Under the pieces are notes generated by a model that ran no database searches, had not been told where the DNA came from, and worked only from the letters and a program-made list of their open reading frames with translations. Position numbers and translations under genes: made by a program. Shown one piece after another: positions 18,743-29,074 of a stretch of DNA of 64,000 nucleotides (positions within the stretch are counted from its first letter, which is position 1; every line of letters starts with the position of its first letter). Source of the DNA: Gaiellaceae bacterium (GTDB lineage Bacteria; Actinomycetota; Thermoleophilia; Gaiellales; Gaiellaceae). Location: assembly GCA_035540835.1 (NCBI GenBank), contig DATLFU010000023.1, forward strand, positions 2,228-66,227. The letters run 5' to 3'.

Positions 18743-20002
18743 CTACGGCGTCGGCTTCTTCGGAGAGGGCGCCCGCCCGGTCTGCGCCGGCGCGACCCGC
18801 TTCCGCGCCTGCGGCACGGGCACCTTCACGAGCCCGGGGCCCGTCCTCGCCGCCGCCGGGCACCGGCCGACGCGGCCGGCGCGGACGGCCTCCGCTGCGC
18901 GCTTGAACGCCTGCAGGCTCGCCTTCGGCGTGTCGTCGGCGTAGTAGACGCCCGACTGCCACCGGTCGAGGTCCTCCTCGTCGGTCACGTGGAAGATCAG
19001 CATCCCGACGACGTTCGGCTGGCAGTACGCCATCTCGAGCGCGAGCTTGTAGTACGCCGCCTGCGTCGCCTCGCTCACCGGCTTCGTCGTCGCGGGCTCG
19101 CGGCCCTTGTACGCGTCCGCCTTCTCCGCCGGGATCTGCGTGTCGACGCCGAACTCGTCGTAGACGATCGGGAGCGTCGAGCCGCGCTGCGCCGTCCCGT
19201 CGAACGCGACCGTCAGCAGCGCCACGAGCCGGTCGTACTCGGCGAGCCCGATCGACGTCGACCGGACGTGGCGGCGGAAGTCGGGCCGGACGCTCGAGTT
19301 CTCGCCGTACGGGTGGAACGCGAACGCGTCCATCACCGGCTTCGTCCGCTTGCTCGCGCGGTAGGCGTTCCCCAGCTCGAGGATGAAGCGCGTGGGGGAG
19401 TGCGTGTGCCGCTTCGAGGCCGGCTTGTCCTGCCCGCGCGGCGACACCGAGCCGCCGATCACGTTCACCTTCGGAGACACCGCCTTCATCGCGTCGTACG
19501 TCTGGGCGAGGAGCTGGAGGTACGCCGCCGGCGACGCGGACGTCCCGTCCGGGTTGAACTGCGGCATCCAGAAGAGGTTGAGGTTGGGCTCGTTCCCGAT
19601 GATGTAGTCGGTGATCGAGGGGATCAGCCGCGGGATCGACGCGGCGAACGCGGCGAACTCCGCGCGGTGCTCCGGCGTCAGCGGCGTCGTCCGGCTCCCG
19701 GGCTGGTAGACCGAGAGCACGATGCGGATCCCGTTCAGGTCGGCGCCCGTCGCGGCGTTCCGGAGCGCGTCGAGCTGCCAGCCGCCGATCTCGCGCTGCC
19801 CCGGCACCCAGTAGGCGGTCATGCGGATCGCGTTCATCCCCGCGAGCCGCGCGAGCGACATCTTCGCCTCGGCGACGACGAGGTCCGTCTGCTTCGCCGC
19901 GTCCTCGGCGGCGCCGACGTACATCCGCGGCCCCGCCGGCGCCGTCGGCGCGAGGGCGAGCGCGAGCGCGCTGCAGCACATGAGGAGAAAGAGGCGACGC
20001 AT
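18743..20002 (-). CDS. secreted clan-A (TIM-barrel) glycoside-hydrolase-like protein, paralog A
   Basis: ATG at 20002 (MRRLFLLMCCSALALALAPTAPAG signal). IIGNEPN (acid/base-type NEP) and VYDEFG (nucleophile-type) motifs. Collinear with 57327-58769. The track ORF continues as antisense of uvrC. Confidence 0.6.
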   Translation of the reverse strand: MRRLFLLMCCSALALALAPTAPAGPRMYVGAAEDAAKQTDLVVAEAKMSLARLAGMNAIRMTAYWVPGQREIGGWQLDALRNAATGADLNGIRIVLSVYQPGSRTTPLTPEHRAEFAAFAASIPRLIPSITDYIIGNEPNLNLFWMPQFNPDGTSASPAAYLQLLAQTYDAMKAVSPKVNVIGGSVSPRGQDKPASKRHTHSPTRFILELGNAYRASKRTKPVMDAFAFHPYGENSSVRPDFRRHVRSTSIGLAEYDRLVALLTVAFDGTAQRGSTLPIVYDEFGVDTQIPAEKADAYKGREPATTKPVSEATQAAYYKLALEMAYCQPNVVGMLIFHVTDEEDLDRWQSGVYYADDTPKASLQAFKRAAEAVRAGRVGRCPAAARTGPGLVKVPVPQARKRVAPAQTGRAPSPKKPTP

Positions 20003-20113
20003 GGGGGAGGGGCCGAGCCCGCCGGGGTTGTAGCACAGGCGGCGGACGCTGCCCAGGCGGCGCGCCGCTGGACCGTCCGGGACGGCCGCGGGGCGGGGGT
20101 ACGCTGGACCGCG

Positions 20114-21964
20114 ATGGCGACGCGCGTCGAGGAGCAACTGCGGCGGCTGCCGGCGAAGCCCGGCGTGTACCTGTTCCGCGACGCCCGCGGCGACGTGCTC
20201 TACGTCGGGAAGGCGAAGTCGCTGCGCCCGCGCGTCCGGTCGTACTTCCAGCGCGGCGGCGAGACGCGCGCCGCGATCGCGAAGCTCCCGTCGCGCGTCG
20301 CCGACGTCGAGGTGATCGTGACGGGGTCCGAGGTGGAGGCGCTCCACCTGGAGCAGAACCTCGTCAAGCGGCACCGGCCGCCCTTCAACGTCCGGCTCCG
20401 CGACGACAAGTCGTTCCCGTACATCGCGGTGACCGTCGAGGACGAGTACCCGCGCGTCATGTTCACGCGCGAGCGGCACCGGCGCGGCGTCTGGTACTTC
20501 GGGCCCTACGCGAGCGCGAAGAAGGTGCGCGAGACGCTCGACGTGCTCAACCGGGTCTTCCAGTTCCGGCCGTGCGAGGGGCCGAAGCCGGGGCGGCACT
20601 CCGGGATCCCCTGCCTCGACTACCACATCGAGCGGTGCCGGGCCCCGTGCGTCGGCTACGTCTCGCCCGCCGAGTACCGCGCGATCGTCGACGGCGTGAT
20701 CGAGTTCCTGGCGGGGGAGACGCGGCCGATCCAGCAGGAGCTGGAGCGGAAGATGCGCGAGGCCGCCGCCGACGAGCGGTTCGAGGAGGCGGCGCGGTAC
20801 CGCAACCGGCTGAAGTCGATCCAGCACCTCGCGGAGCGGCAGGCGGCGGACCGCCGCTCCGTCGGCGACGTCGACGTGATCGGGCTCGCCGCGGAGGGCG
20901 ACCGGGCAGCCGTGCAGATCTTCCCGCTGCGGGACGGGAAGCTCATCGACCGCTACGCGTTCCACCTCGAGAACGTCGGCGGCCAGGACCTGACGACGAT
21001 CCTCGAGTCGTTCTGCCTCGAGCACTACGGCTCCGCGCCGAGCGTGCCGCCGCAGCTGGTCGTGCCGCGCGACGCCGGCGACCTGTCCGCGCTGGAGGAG
21101 TTCCTGTCGGAGCGGCGCGGGTCGCGCGTCGAGATCCGGATGCCGGAGCGCGGCGAGAAGCGGCGGCTCGCCGAGCTCGCGGCCGAGAACGCGCGGCTCG
21201 CGCTCGATGCCGAGGCGGCCGGCGCCGAGCAGAAGCGGCTGCGCCGCGTCGAGGCGCTCGAGGAGCTGCGCGAGGCGCTCAACCTCGAGAGCCTGCCGCT
21301 GCGGATCGAGTGCTTCGACATCTCGAACATCCAGGGCGCCGATCCCGTCGGCTCGATGGTCGTGTTCGAGGACGCGACGCCGAAGAAGGCGCACTACCGG
21401 AAGTTCGCCGTCCGCTCGCTCGAGGGCCAGGACGACTTCGCCGCCATGGCCGAGGTGATCGCACGGCGGTTCGAGCGCCTCGGCGTCGTCACCGACGAGG
21501 AGTACGACGCCGGGTTCGCGAGCGAGCCGAACCTCGTCGTCGTCGACGGCGGGAAGGGGCAGCTGTCGGCGGCGCTCGCGGCGATGCAGCGGTTCGACCT
21601 CTCGCGCGTCGCGGTGATCGCCCTGGCCAAGCGGATCGAGGAGGTGTTCGTGCCGGGGCGACCCGATCCGATCCTGCTCGACCGGCACTCGGCGGGGCTC
21701 CAGCTCCTGCAGCGGATTCGCGACGAGGCGCACCGGTTCGCGCTCGGCTTCCACCGGCAGCGCCGGACGGCTCGGTCGTTCGAGTCGATCTTCGACGACC
21801 TGCAGGGCGTGGGACCGGCTCGCCGGCGCGCGCTGCTCCGCCACTTCGGCTCGGTCGAGGGCGTGCTCGCCGCGACGCAGGAGGAGCTGGAGGGCGTCCC
21901 GGAGCTCCCGGCGAAGACGGCGCGGTCGATCTACGCGCAGCTCCACAAGGCGGGTCGCGGGTAG
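20114..21964 (+). CDS. uvrC: excinuclease ABC subunit C
   Basis: GIY-YIG N-terminus (PGVYLFRDARGDVLYVGKAKSLRPRVRSY), UVR domain, RNase H-like endonuclease domain and C-terminal (HhH)2 (LQGVGPARRRALLRHFGS). Confidence 0.95.
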   Translation: MATRVEEQLRRLPAKPGVYLFRDARGDVLYVGKAKSLRPRVRSYFQRGGETRAAIAKLPSRVADVEVIVTGSEVEALHLEQNLVKRHRPPFNVRLRDDKSFPYIAVTVEDEYPRVMFTRERHRRGVWYFGPYASAKKVRETLDVLNRVFQFRPCEGPKPGRHSGIPCLDYHIERCRAPCVGYVSPAEYRAIVDGVIEFLAGETRPIQQELERKMREAAADERFEEAARYRNRLKSIQHLAERQAADRRSVGDVDVIGLAAEGDRAAVQIFPLRDGKLIDRYAFHLENVGGQDLTTILESFCLEHYGSAPSVPPQLVVPRDAGDLSALEEFLSERRGSRVEIRMPERGEKRRLAELAAENARLALDAEAAGAEQKRLRRVEALEELREALNLESLPLRIECFDISNIQGADPVGSMVVFEDATPKKAHYRKFAVRSLEGQDDFAAMAEVIARRFERLGVVTDEEYDAGFASEPNLVVVDGGKGQLSAALAAMQRFDLSRVAVIALAKRIEEVFVPGRPDPILLDRHSAGLQLLQRIRDEAHRFALGFHRQRRTARSFESIFDDLQGVGPARRRALLRHFGSVEGVLAATQEELEGVPELPAKTARSIYAQLHKAGRG

Positions 21965-22689
21965 TGCGCGCCGCGGCGGCCGTCGTGTGCGTCGCGGGGC
22001 TGCTCGCCGCCGGGTGCGGGGGCGACGAGCAGGAGCCGCCGCCCGCCGTCGGGCTGCGCGTCGCCGCGGGGGCGCCGGCTCCCGGCGCGGCGCGCGTCTT
22101 CGCCGAGTTCCTCGACGCTGCCGCGCGCGGCGACGCGACGGGGATGTGGGCGCTCCTGAGCGAGCCGACGCGGGCGAGCCTCGGCCGCACGCTCGACGGC
22201 TTCCGCCGCGGCGCCGCCTACGACCTGGAGCAGACGGCGGGGCTGCTCCGCGACCCGGGCGAGCCGGTGCTCGCGCGCGCGTTCGGGCCGCGGTGGGCGG
22301 TCGCCGCGGTCGCCGGCGAGATCGAGCGCGACGGCGAGCGGGAGCACGCCGCCTACGCGGCCGCGCTTCGCCGCGAGCGCGGCGAGTGGCGGCTCGAGCT
22401 GAACGGCCTCTTCTTCGTCTCGCACGAGCCGGCGCCGCTCGAGGAGGTCGAGACGCGGACGCCGCTCCTCCGCGTCACGGCGCAGTCGTCCGCGCGGATC
22501 GAGCGGATGGTGCTCTGGCTCGACGGCGAGCCGGTCGGCGCCAGGGCGGTGCGCCCGCAGCCGTTCACCGGGACGATCACCGCCCGCGCGGCGCGGCCGC
22601 TCGAGCCCGGCGTGTACGTCGTCACCGCCTTCGCGGCGACCGACGAGACGGCCGCGGCGCAGGCGTGGCCGTTCGTCGTCGGGGACTAG
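21964..22689 (+). CDS. hypothetical lipoprotein
   Basis: GTG at 21964 overlaps the uvrC TAG. Lipobox VAGLLAAGCGGD. 241 aa with no recognisable domain. Confidence 0.5.
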   Translation: MRAAAAVVCVAGLLAAGCGGDEQEPPPAVGLRVAAGAPAPGAARVFAEFLDAAARGDATGMWALLSEPTRASLGRTLDGFRRGAAYDLEQTAGLLRDPGEPVLARAFGPRWAVAAVAGEIERDGEREHAAYAAALRRERGEWRLELNGLFFVSHEPAPLEEVETRTPLLRVTAQSSARIERMVLWLDGEPVGARAVRPQPFTGTITARAARPLEPGVYVVTAFAATDETAAAQAWPFVVGD

Positions 22690-22727
22690 TTGTCAAGAGT
22701 TGCCGATGCCGTGCCGATGAGTGGCTC

Positions 22728-23243
22728 GTGGGGTGGCGCGACCGCGACTGGGCGAAGTTCACCGACGACGAGTGGCGCGAGATCTACGGCGCGACACCGC
22801 GCAAACGTTCGGGCGTCTCGACGCGTGCCACCGGCGGCGCGGCGCCACCCGGATGTCAGGAGGTGCTCGACGATCGTGACGCGCGTTCCGGGTCGCCGCG
22901 CGTTCGCGTACCTTGGATCGGCCTCGCCGTCGTGGCGACCGCGCTCGCGGCGGCCGCTGTCAACGCCCGCGATCGGCCCGAACCGCGCGCGGCGTCACCT
23001 TCGCGGCCGCTGTACATCTACGGCGTGGCGGCCGACGGAGCCTCCGGTCATCCGGACGCGGTCTGTACGGAGATGATCGCGTCGGACGACGGCGAGTGGC
23101 GGTGCGTCGTCTGGAGCATGAACCTCGACCGCGTGCCGGTCCTTCGCCCGAGGCAGTACGACGGGCCGTGTAGTCACGCAATCGTCGATCAGGTCCGAGG
23201 CGCATGGGTGTGCCGCCGCGCGGCCGGTACGACCGCGCCTTGA
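22728..23243 (+). CDS. hypothetical single-pass membrane protein with 4-Cys C-terminal domain
   Basis: In-frame GTG at 22728 (start uncertain; a later GTG near 22863 is possible). TM WIGLAVVATALAAAAV. C-terminal domain with 4 Cys. Confidence 0.35.
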   Translation: MGWRDRDWAKFTDDEWREIYGATPRKRSGVSTRATGGAAPPGCQEVLDDRDARSGSPRVRVPWIGLAVVATALAAAAVNARDRPEPRAASPSRPLYIYGVAADGASGHPDAVCTEMIASDDGEWRCVVWSMNLDRVPVLRPRQYDGPCSHAIVDQVRGAWVCRRAAGTTAP

Positions 23244-23250
23244 CGCCGGC

Positions 23251-24936
23251 CTACGGTTTGTCCGCGGCGCCGCTCGTCCCCGACCCGTCCTGGGACGCGT
23301 CGGACTCCTCGCCCATGAACGGGTAGCGGTAGTCCTTCGGCGGCACGAACGTCTCCTTGATCGTCCGCGGGCTGACCCAGCGGATGAGGTTCCACATCGA
23401 GCCCGCCTTGTCGTTCGTGCCGGACGCGCGCGCGCCGCCGAACGGCTGCTGGCCGACGATCGCGCCCGTGGGCTTGTCGTTCACGTAGAAGTTCCCCGCC
23501 GAGTACCGGAGGGCCTCCCCCGCCTCCTCGATCGCCTCCCGCTCCTGCGCGAAGATCGCCCCTGTGAGCGCGTACGGCGCCGTCTCGTCGACGAGCCGGA
23601 GCGTGTCGTGCCACTCGTCCGGCCGGTACACGTACGTCGTCACGATGGGGCCGAAGAGCTCCTCCCGCATCAGCTCGAACTTCGGATCGCGCGTCTCGAT
23701 CACGGTCGGCTCGACGAAGAAGCCCTCGCTGTCGTCGACGCCGCCGCCGACGAGGATCTCCGTGTCGGCCGCGTTGCGCGCCAGCTCGATCGCCTCCGCG
23801 TGCTGGCGCTGCGCCCGCGCGTCGATGACGGCGCCCATGAAGTTCCCGAAGTCGTTCACGTCGCCCATCCGGATCGACGCGACCTCCTCCGCGAGCCGCT
23901 CGCGCAGCTCCGGCCAGAGGTTCTCCGGGATGTAGAGCCGCGACGACGCCGAGCACTTCTGCCCCTGGTACTCGAACGAGCCGCGGAGGATCGCCGTGGC
24001 GAGCGCGTCGGCGTCCGCGGTCGGGTGCGCGACGATGAAGTCCTTGCCGCCCGTCTCGCCGACGATCCGCGGATAGTTGCGGTAGTTCGCGACGTTGCCG
24101 CCGATCGTCTGCCACATGCCCTGGAAGACGGGGGTGGAGCCGGTGAAGTGGACGCCGGCGAGGTCCCGGTGCGCGAGCGCCGCGTTGCCGATCACGGGAC
24201 CGCTGCCGTAGACGAGGTTGATCACGCCCGGCGGCAGGCCCGCCTCCTCGAGCAGGCGCATGACGTAGTACGCGGACACCGCCGCCGTCGAGGCGGGCTT
24301 CCAGACGACCGTGTTGCCCATCAGCGCCGGACTCGCGGGGAGGTTGCCGCCGATCGCGGTGAAGTTGAACGGCGTGACGGCGAAGACGAAGCCCTCGAGC
24401 GGCCGGTACTCCATCCGGTTCCACGTCCCCTGCGCCGACAGCGGCTGCTCCTCGTAGATCCGCGTCATGAACTCGACGTTGAACCGCCAGAAGTCGATCA
24501 GCTCGCACGCGGCGTCGATCTCGGCCTGGTGCGCCGTCTTCGACTGTCCGAGCATCGTCGCCGCGTTCAGCACCTGGCGCCACGGCCCCGAGAGCAGCTC
24601 CGCGGCGCGGAGGAAGACGGCCGCGCGCTCCTCCCACGGCGTCCGCGACCAGTCGTGCCACGCCTCGCCCGCCGCCGCGATCGCGCGCTCGACCTCCGCC
24701 TCGCCGCCCGCGTGGACGTCGGCGAGCACGTGCGCCTTCTTGTGCGGCTGCACCGCCTCGAACGTGTCGCCCGTCCGGACGTCCTCGCCGCCGATCACGC
24801 ACGGGATCTCGATCCGCTGGGACTGCATGTCGGCGAGGCGCCGCTTCAGCTCCGCGCGCTCCGGCGACCCCGGCGCGTAGGTCAGGTTCGGCTCGTTCGC
24901 CGGCGTCGGCGGGCGGAAGATCCCGGGGGCTGACAC
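23251..24936 (-). CDS. pruA: L-glutamate gamma-semialdehyde (1-pyrroline-5-carboxylate) dehydrogenase
   Basis: 561 aa aldehyde dehydrogenase with VGETGGKDF, FEYQGQKCSASSR and the N-terminal extension typical of the PruA/RocA type. Confidence 0.9.
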   Translation of the reverse strand: MSAPGIFRPPTPANEPNLTYAPGSPERAELKRRLADMQSQRIEIPCVIGGEDVRTGDTFEAVQPHKKAHVLADVHAGGEAEVERAIAAAGEAWHDWSRTPWEERAAVFLRAAELLSGPWRQVLNAATMLGQSKTAHQAEIDAACELIDFWRFNVEFMTRIYEEQPLSAQGTWNRMEYRPLEGFVFAVTPFNFTAIGGNLPASPALMGNTVVWKPASTAAVSAYYVMRLLEEAGLPPGVINLVYGSGPVIGNAALAHRDLAGVHFTGSTPVFQGMWQTIGGNVANYRNYPRIVGETGGKDFIVAHPTADADALATAILRGSFEYQGQKCSASSRLYIPENLWPELRERLAEEVASIRMGDVNDFGNFMGAVIDARAQRQHAEAIELARNAADTEILVGGGVDDSEGFFVEPTVIETRDPKFELMREELFGPIVTTYVYRPDEWHDTLRLVDETAPYALTGAIFAQEREAIEEAGEALRYSAGNFYVNDKPTGAIVGQQPFGGARASGTNDKAGSMWNLIRWVSPRTIKETFVPPKDYRYPFMGEESDASQDGSGTSGAADKP

Positions 24937-24955
24937 GGCTGCGATTCTATGGTCG

Positions 24956-25426
24956 GTGCGCGCGACGTGGACCCGCTACGAGATCCCCGGGTGGGGCGTG
25001 GGGGAGGTCGGCGTCGCGGACGGACGGCTCGTCGAGCACGTGCTCCCTCGCGAAGCGGCGCCGGGTGCCGGCGCGGCCGGCGGCGACGCGCCGCTCGTCG
25101 CGCGCCTCGAGGCCTACTTCGGGGGCGCTCGCGTCGACTTCTCGGACGTGGAGCTGTTCCCGTTCGACGCGACGCGGTTCGAGCGGGACGTCCTCGCCGC
25201 GGCACGCCGCATCCCGTGGGGCGAGACCGTCTCCTACGGCGAGCTGGCGGCGCTGGCGGGACATCCCCGCGCGGCGCGCGCCGTCGGCAGCTTCTGCGCG
25301 CGGAACCCGTTCGCGCTCGTCGTCCCGTGCCATCGAGTCGTCTCGTCGGCCGGCCCCGGCTCGTACGGGTCGCTCGGCCTGGAGTACAAGCTCCGCCTCC
25401 TCCGCCTCGAGGGCGTGCGCGTGTGA
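24956..25426 (+). CDS. ogt: methylated-DNA--protein-cysteine methyltransferase
   Basis: IPWGETVSYGELAA...NPFALVVPCHRVV active-site PCHR motif. GTG start 19 nt from the divergent pruA start. Confidence 0.85.
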   Translation: MRATWTRYEIPGWGVGEVGVADGRLVEHVLPREAAPGAGAAGGDAPLVARLEAYFGGARVDFSDVELFPFDATRFERDVLAAARRIPWGETVSYGELAALAGHPRAARAVGSFCARNPFALVVPCHRVVSSAGPGSYGSLGLEYKLRLLRLEGVRV

Positions 25427-26343
25427 CGCTGTCGGAGGACGTCCGCAACGAGCTGGCGGCGATCGAGCCGACGAGCGAGTGCGACCGGCTCGCGGAGCTC
25501 TCGGCGCTCTTCCACTCGGCGGGTCGCGTCCACCTCCTCGGGCGCGGGCGCGTGGCCGTCCACCTCGACCTCGGCAGCTCCTCGGCGGCGCGGCGGGCGT
25601 TCAGCCTGCTCCGCGCGCTGGACGTCGACTCGGAGATCCGGACGTACGTGCAGCGCGCCTTCGACCGGCCGACGCGCTACCAGCTGCACGTCGCGGGCGA
25701 GCCGCGCGCGGTCGACGTGCTGCAGCGCGCGGGCGTCCTCGACCAGCGGTGCGCGCCGCTCGAGCGGCCGCCGCGGAGCGTCGTCTCGCGCCCGTGCTGC
25801 CGCGCGGCGTACCTCCGCGGCGCGCTGCTCGGCGGCGGCTCACTCACGGGGCCGCCGGCGCGGCACCTGGAGATCCGCTCGTCCGGGCCCGACGGCGCGC
25901 GGTTCCTCGCGCGGCTCGCCTCGTCGGTCGACGCGCCGCTCGCCGTCGTCGACCGCGGCCGGCACGCCGTCGCGTACGCGAAGGGGAGCGAGGCGATCGC
26001 GTCGGTGCTCGCCGCCGCGGGCGCGAGCGGCGTCGTCCTCGGGCTCGAGGAGCGCGCGGTGATCGGCGCGACCCGCGCCGGCGCGAACCGGCTCGCGAAC
26101 GCCGACCACGCGAACCTCGTCCGCGCGGGCGCAGCGGCGCACCGGCAGCTCCGCGCGATCCGCGTCCTCGGCGAGCGCGGCGTGCTCGGCGACCTGCCGC
26201 GGCCGCTGCGCGAGGCCGCCGAGCTACGCGCGCGGCACCCGTCGCTGTCGCTGCGGGAGCTCGCGGCGCGGGCGAAGCCGCCGCTGACGAAGGCCGCGCT
26301 CCACCGGCGGCTCGCCCGGCTCGTCCGCCTCGCGGAGATGTAG
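25423..26343 (+). CDS. whiA: DNA-binding protein WhiA
   Basis: GTG at 25423 overlaps the ogt stop (GTGTGA). VTLSEDVRNELAAI..., LAGLIDADG-derived middle domain, C-terminal HTH (SLSLRELAARAKPPLTKAALHRRLARL). Confidence 0.9.
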   Translation: MTLSEDVRNELAAIEPTSECDRLAELSALFHSAGRVHLLGRGRVAVHLDLGSSSAARRAFSLLRALDVDSEIRTYVQRAFDRPTRYQLHVAGEPRAVDVLQRAGVLDQRCAPLERPPRSVVSRPCCRAAYLRGALLGGGSLTGPPARHLEIRSSGPDGARFLARLASSVDAPLAVVDRGRHAVAYAKGSEAIASVLAAAGASGVVLGLEERAVIGATRAGANRLANADHANLVRAGAAAHRQLRAIRVLGERGVLGDLPRPLREAAELRARHPSLSLRELAARAKPPLTKAALHRRLARLVRLAEM

Positions 26344-26360
26344 TACGTAGCGCGATCGAT

Positions 26361-26379
26361 CTTCGCCGCCGCGGCGAAG
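26361..26379 (+). terminator. GC-rich hairpin just after whiA (possible intrinsic terminator, no U-tract)
   Basis: Perfect palindrome CTTCGCCGC-c-GCGGCGAAG located 18 nt after the whiA stop. Confidence 0.3.
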
Positions 26380-26494
26380 AATCCCGCCTGAAAGAGCGGT
26401 ATCGCGCCGCGTCTCGATCCTGCATACTTCCATGGCGGCGGGTCCATGCTCGTCCGGCGCCGGATTCAGACCCCGTCCGTCGCCACGGTCCTGA

Positions 26495-27655
<1,161 letters not shown>

Positions 27656-27659
27656 GCGA

Positions 27660-28028
27660 ATGCGGCTGACGCACGCGCGTCTCCTCGTCGACGACTTCGG
27701 CGCCTGCTTCCGCTTCTACCGCGACGTCCTCGGCCTCGAGCCGACGTGGGGGGAGGAGGACGGCGCCTACGCCGACTTCGAGGGCGGCGGCGCGACGCTC
27801 GCGCTCTTCGCGCGCCACGGGATGGACGGCCGCGCGGAGCTGCGGCCGCCTGGCGACGGCGCGATGCTCGTGTTCGAGGTCGACGACGTCGACGCGGTCG
27901 CGGCTCGCCTGGGCGAGCACCGCGTCCCGCTCGAGGCGGAGCCGCACGACGAGCCGGAGTGGGGGATCCGCGTCGCCCACTTCCGCGACCCCGCGGGGAC
28001 GCTGATCGAGGTGAACCAGCCGCTGTGA
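27660..28028 (+). CDS. VOC-family (glyoxalase/bleomycin-resistance fold) protein
   Basis: 122 aa, MRLTHARLLVDDFGACFRFYRDVLGL... and ...WGIRVAHFRDPAGTLIEV, typical of the paired beta-alpha-beta-beta-beta VOC fold. Confidence 0.8.
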   Translation: MRLTHARLLVDDFGACFRFYRDVLGLEPTWGEEDGAYADFEGGGATLALFARHGMDGRAELRPPGDGAMLVFEVDDVDAVAARLGEHRVPLEAEPHDEPEWGIRVAHFRDPAGTLIEVNQPL

Positions 28029-29074
28029 GGCGGCCGCGGTCCGTCCGCGACGCAGAGGTCGCCGGCAAGCGCGTCCTCGTCCGCGCCGACCTCAACGTCC
28101 CGCTCGAGGACGGGCAGGTCGCCGACGACACGCGCATCCAGGCGGCGCTGCCGACGCTGCGGTGGCTGCTCGAGCAGGGCGCCGCGGAGGTGGCGGTGTG
28201 CTCGCACCTCGGCCGCCCGAAGACGGAGGAGGACCGCGCGCGGTACTCGATCGCGCCGGTGCGCGCGCGCCTGCGGGAGCTCGTTCCCGACCAGCGGCTG
28301 ACCGTGCTCGAGAACACGCGCTTCGACCCCGGCGAGACGGCGAACGACGAGGCGTACGCGCGCGAGCTCGCCCGCGGCCGCGACCTCTACGTCAACGACG
28401 CGTTCGGCTCGGCGCACCGCGCGCACGCGTCGACGGAAGCGGTGACGCGGCTGCTCCCCGCGTACGCGGGCTTCCTGCTCGAGGAGGAGCTGGAGCAGCT
28501 CGGCCGGCTGCTCGGCGACGTGGAGCGTCCGTTCGTGCTCGTCGCGGGCGGCGCGAAGGTCGACGACAAGCTCGGGGTCCTCCGGCACCTCGGCGGCCGC
28601 GCCGACACCGTCCTGATCGGCGGCAAGATGGCCGAGGAGCTGCGCGACGAGAACCCGCTCGGCTTCCCGGTCGAGCTGCCCGACGACGTCGTCGCCGCGA
28701 GCGAATTCGCCGCCGACGCGGAGACGCGCGAGGTCCCGTACGACGCCGTCCCGGAAGGCTGGCTCGGGCTCGACGTCGGGCCGCGGACGCGCGAGCGGTT
28801 CGCGGAGATCGTCCGCGGGGCGGGGACGGTGTTCTGGAACGGTCCGATGGGCGTCTTCGAGTGGCCGCCGTTCGCGGAGGGGACGCGCGCGGTCGCGCAG
28901 GCGGTGGCGGAGTGCGACGGCTTCACCGTCGTCGGCGGCGGCGACTCCGTGCGCGCGCTCCAGGAGCTCGGGCTCGCCGACCGCGTCTCGTGGGTCTCGA
29001 CCGGCGGCGGCGCGTCGCTCGAGCTGCTCGAGGGAAAGGATTTGCCGGGCGTCGCCGCGATCCCGGAGGCCTGA
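28025..29074 (+). CDS. pgk: phosphoglycerate kinase
   Basis: GTG at 28025 overlaps the VOC stop. VAGKRVLVRADLNVP, NDAFGSAHRAHAST, WNGPMGVFE and STGGGASLE motifs. Confidence 0.9.
   Translation: MRRPRSVRDAEVAGKRVLVRADLNVPLEDGQVADDTRIQAALPTLRWLLEQGAAEVAVCSHLGRPKTEEDRARYSIAPVRARLRELVPDQRLTVLENTRFDPGETANDEAYARELARGRDLYVNDAFGSAHRAHASTEAVTRLLPAYAGFLLEEELEQLGRLLGDVERPFVLVAGGAKVDDKLGVLRHLGGRADTVLIGGKMAEELRDENPLGFPVELPDDVVAASEFAADAETREVPYDAVPEGWLGLDVGPRTRERFAEIVRGAGTVFWNGPMGVFEWPPFAEGTRAVAQAVAECDGFTVVGGGDSVRALQELGLADRVSWVSTGGGASLELLEGKDLPGVAAIPEA

Noticed and set aside
18731-21964. 1077-aa plus-strand ORF and 1067-aa minus-strand ORF spanning the same region
   Set aside because: Each is a fusion of one real gene with the shadow frame of the other. 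UvrC runs from ATG 20114 on the plus strand, and the secreted hydrolase-like protein from ATG 20002 on the minus strand.
24949-26343. 464-aa ORF as one protein
   Set aside because: The N-terminal third is an Arg-rich shadow of ogt in another frame. WhiA homology begins at GTG 25423.
28025-29074. Possible truncation of pgk (349 aa, shorter than I expect for PGK)
   Set aside because: All hallmark motifs from the N-terminal KRVLVRADLNVP to the C-terminal STGGGASLE are present in order, and the frame is uninterrupted. It is treated as intact, though its length should be compared with orthologs.
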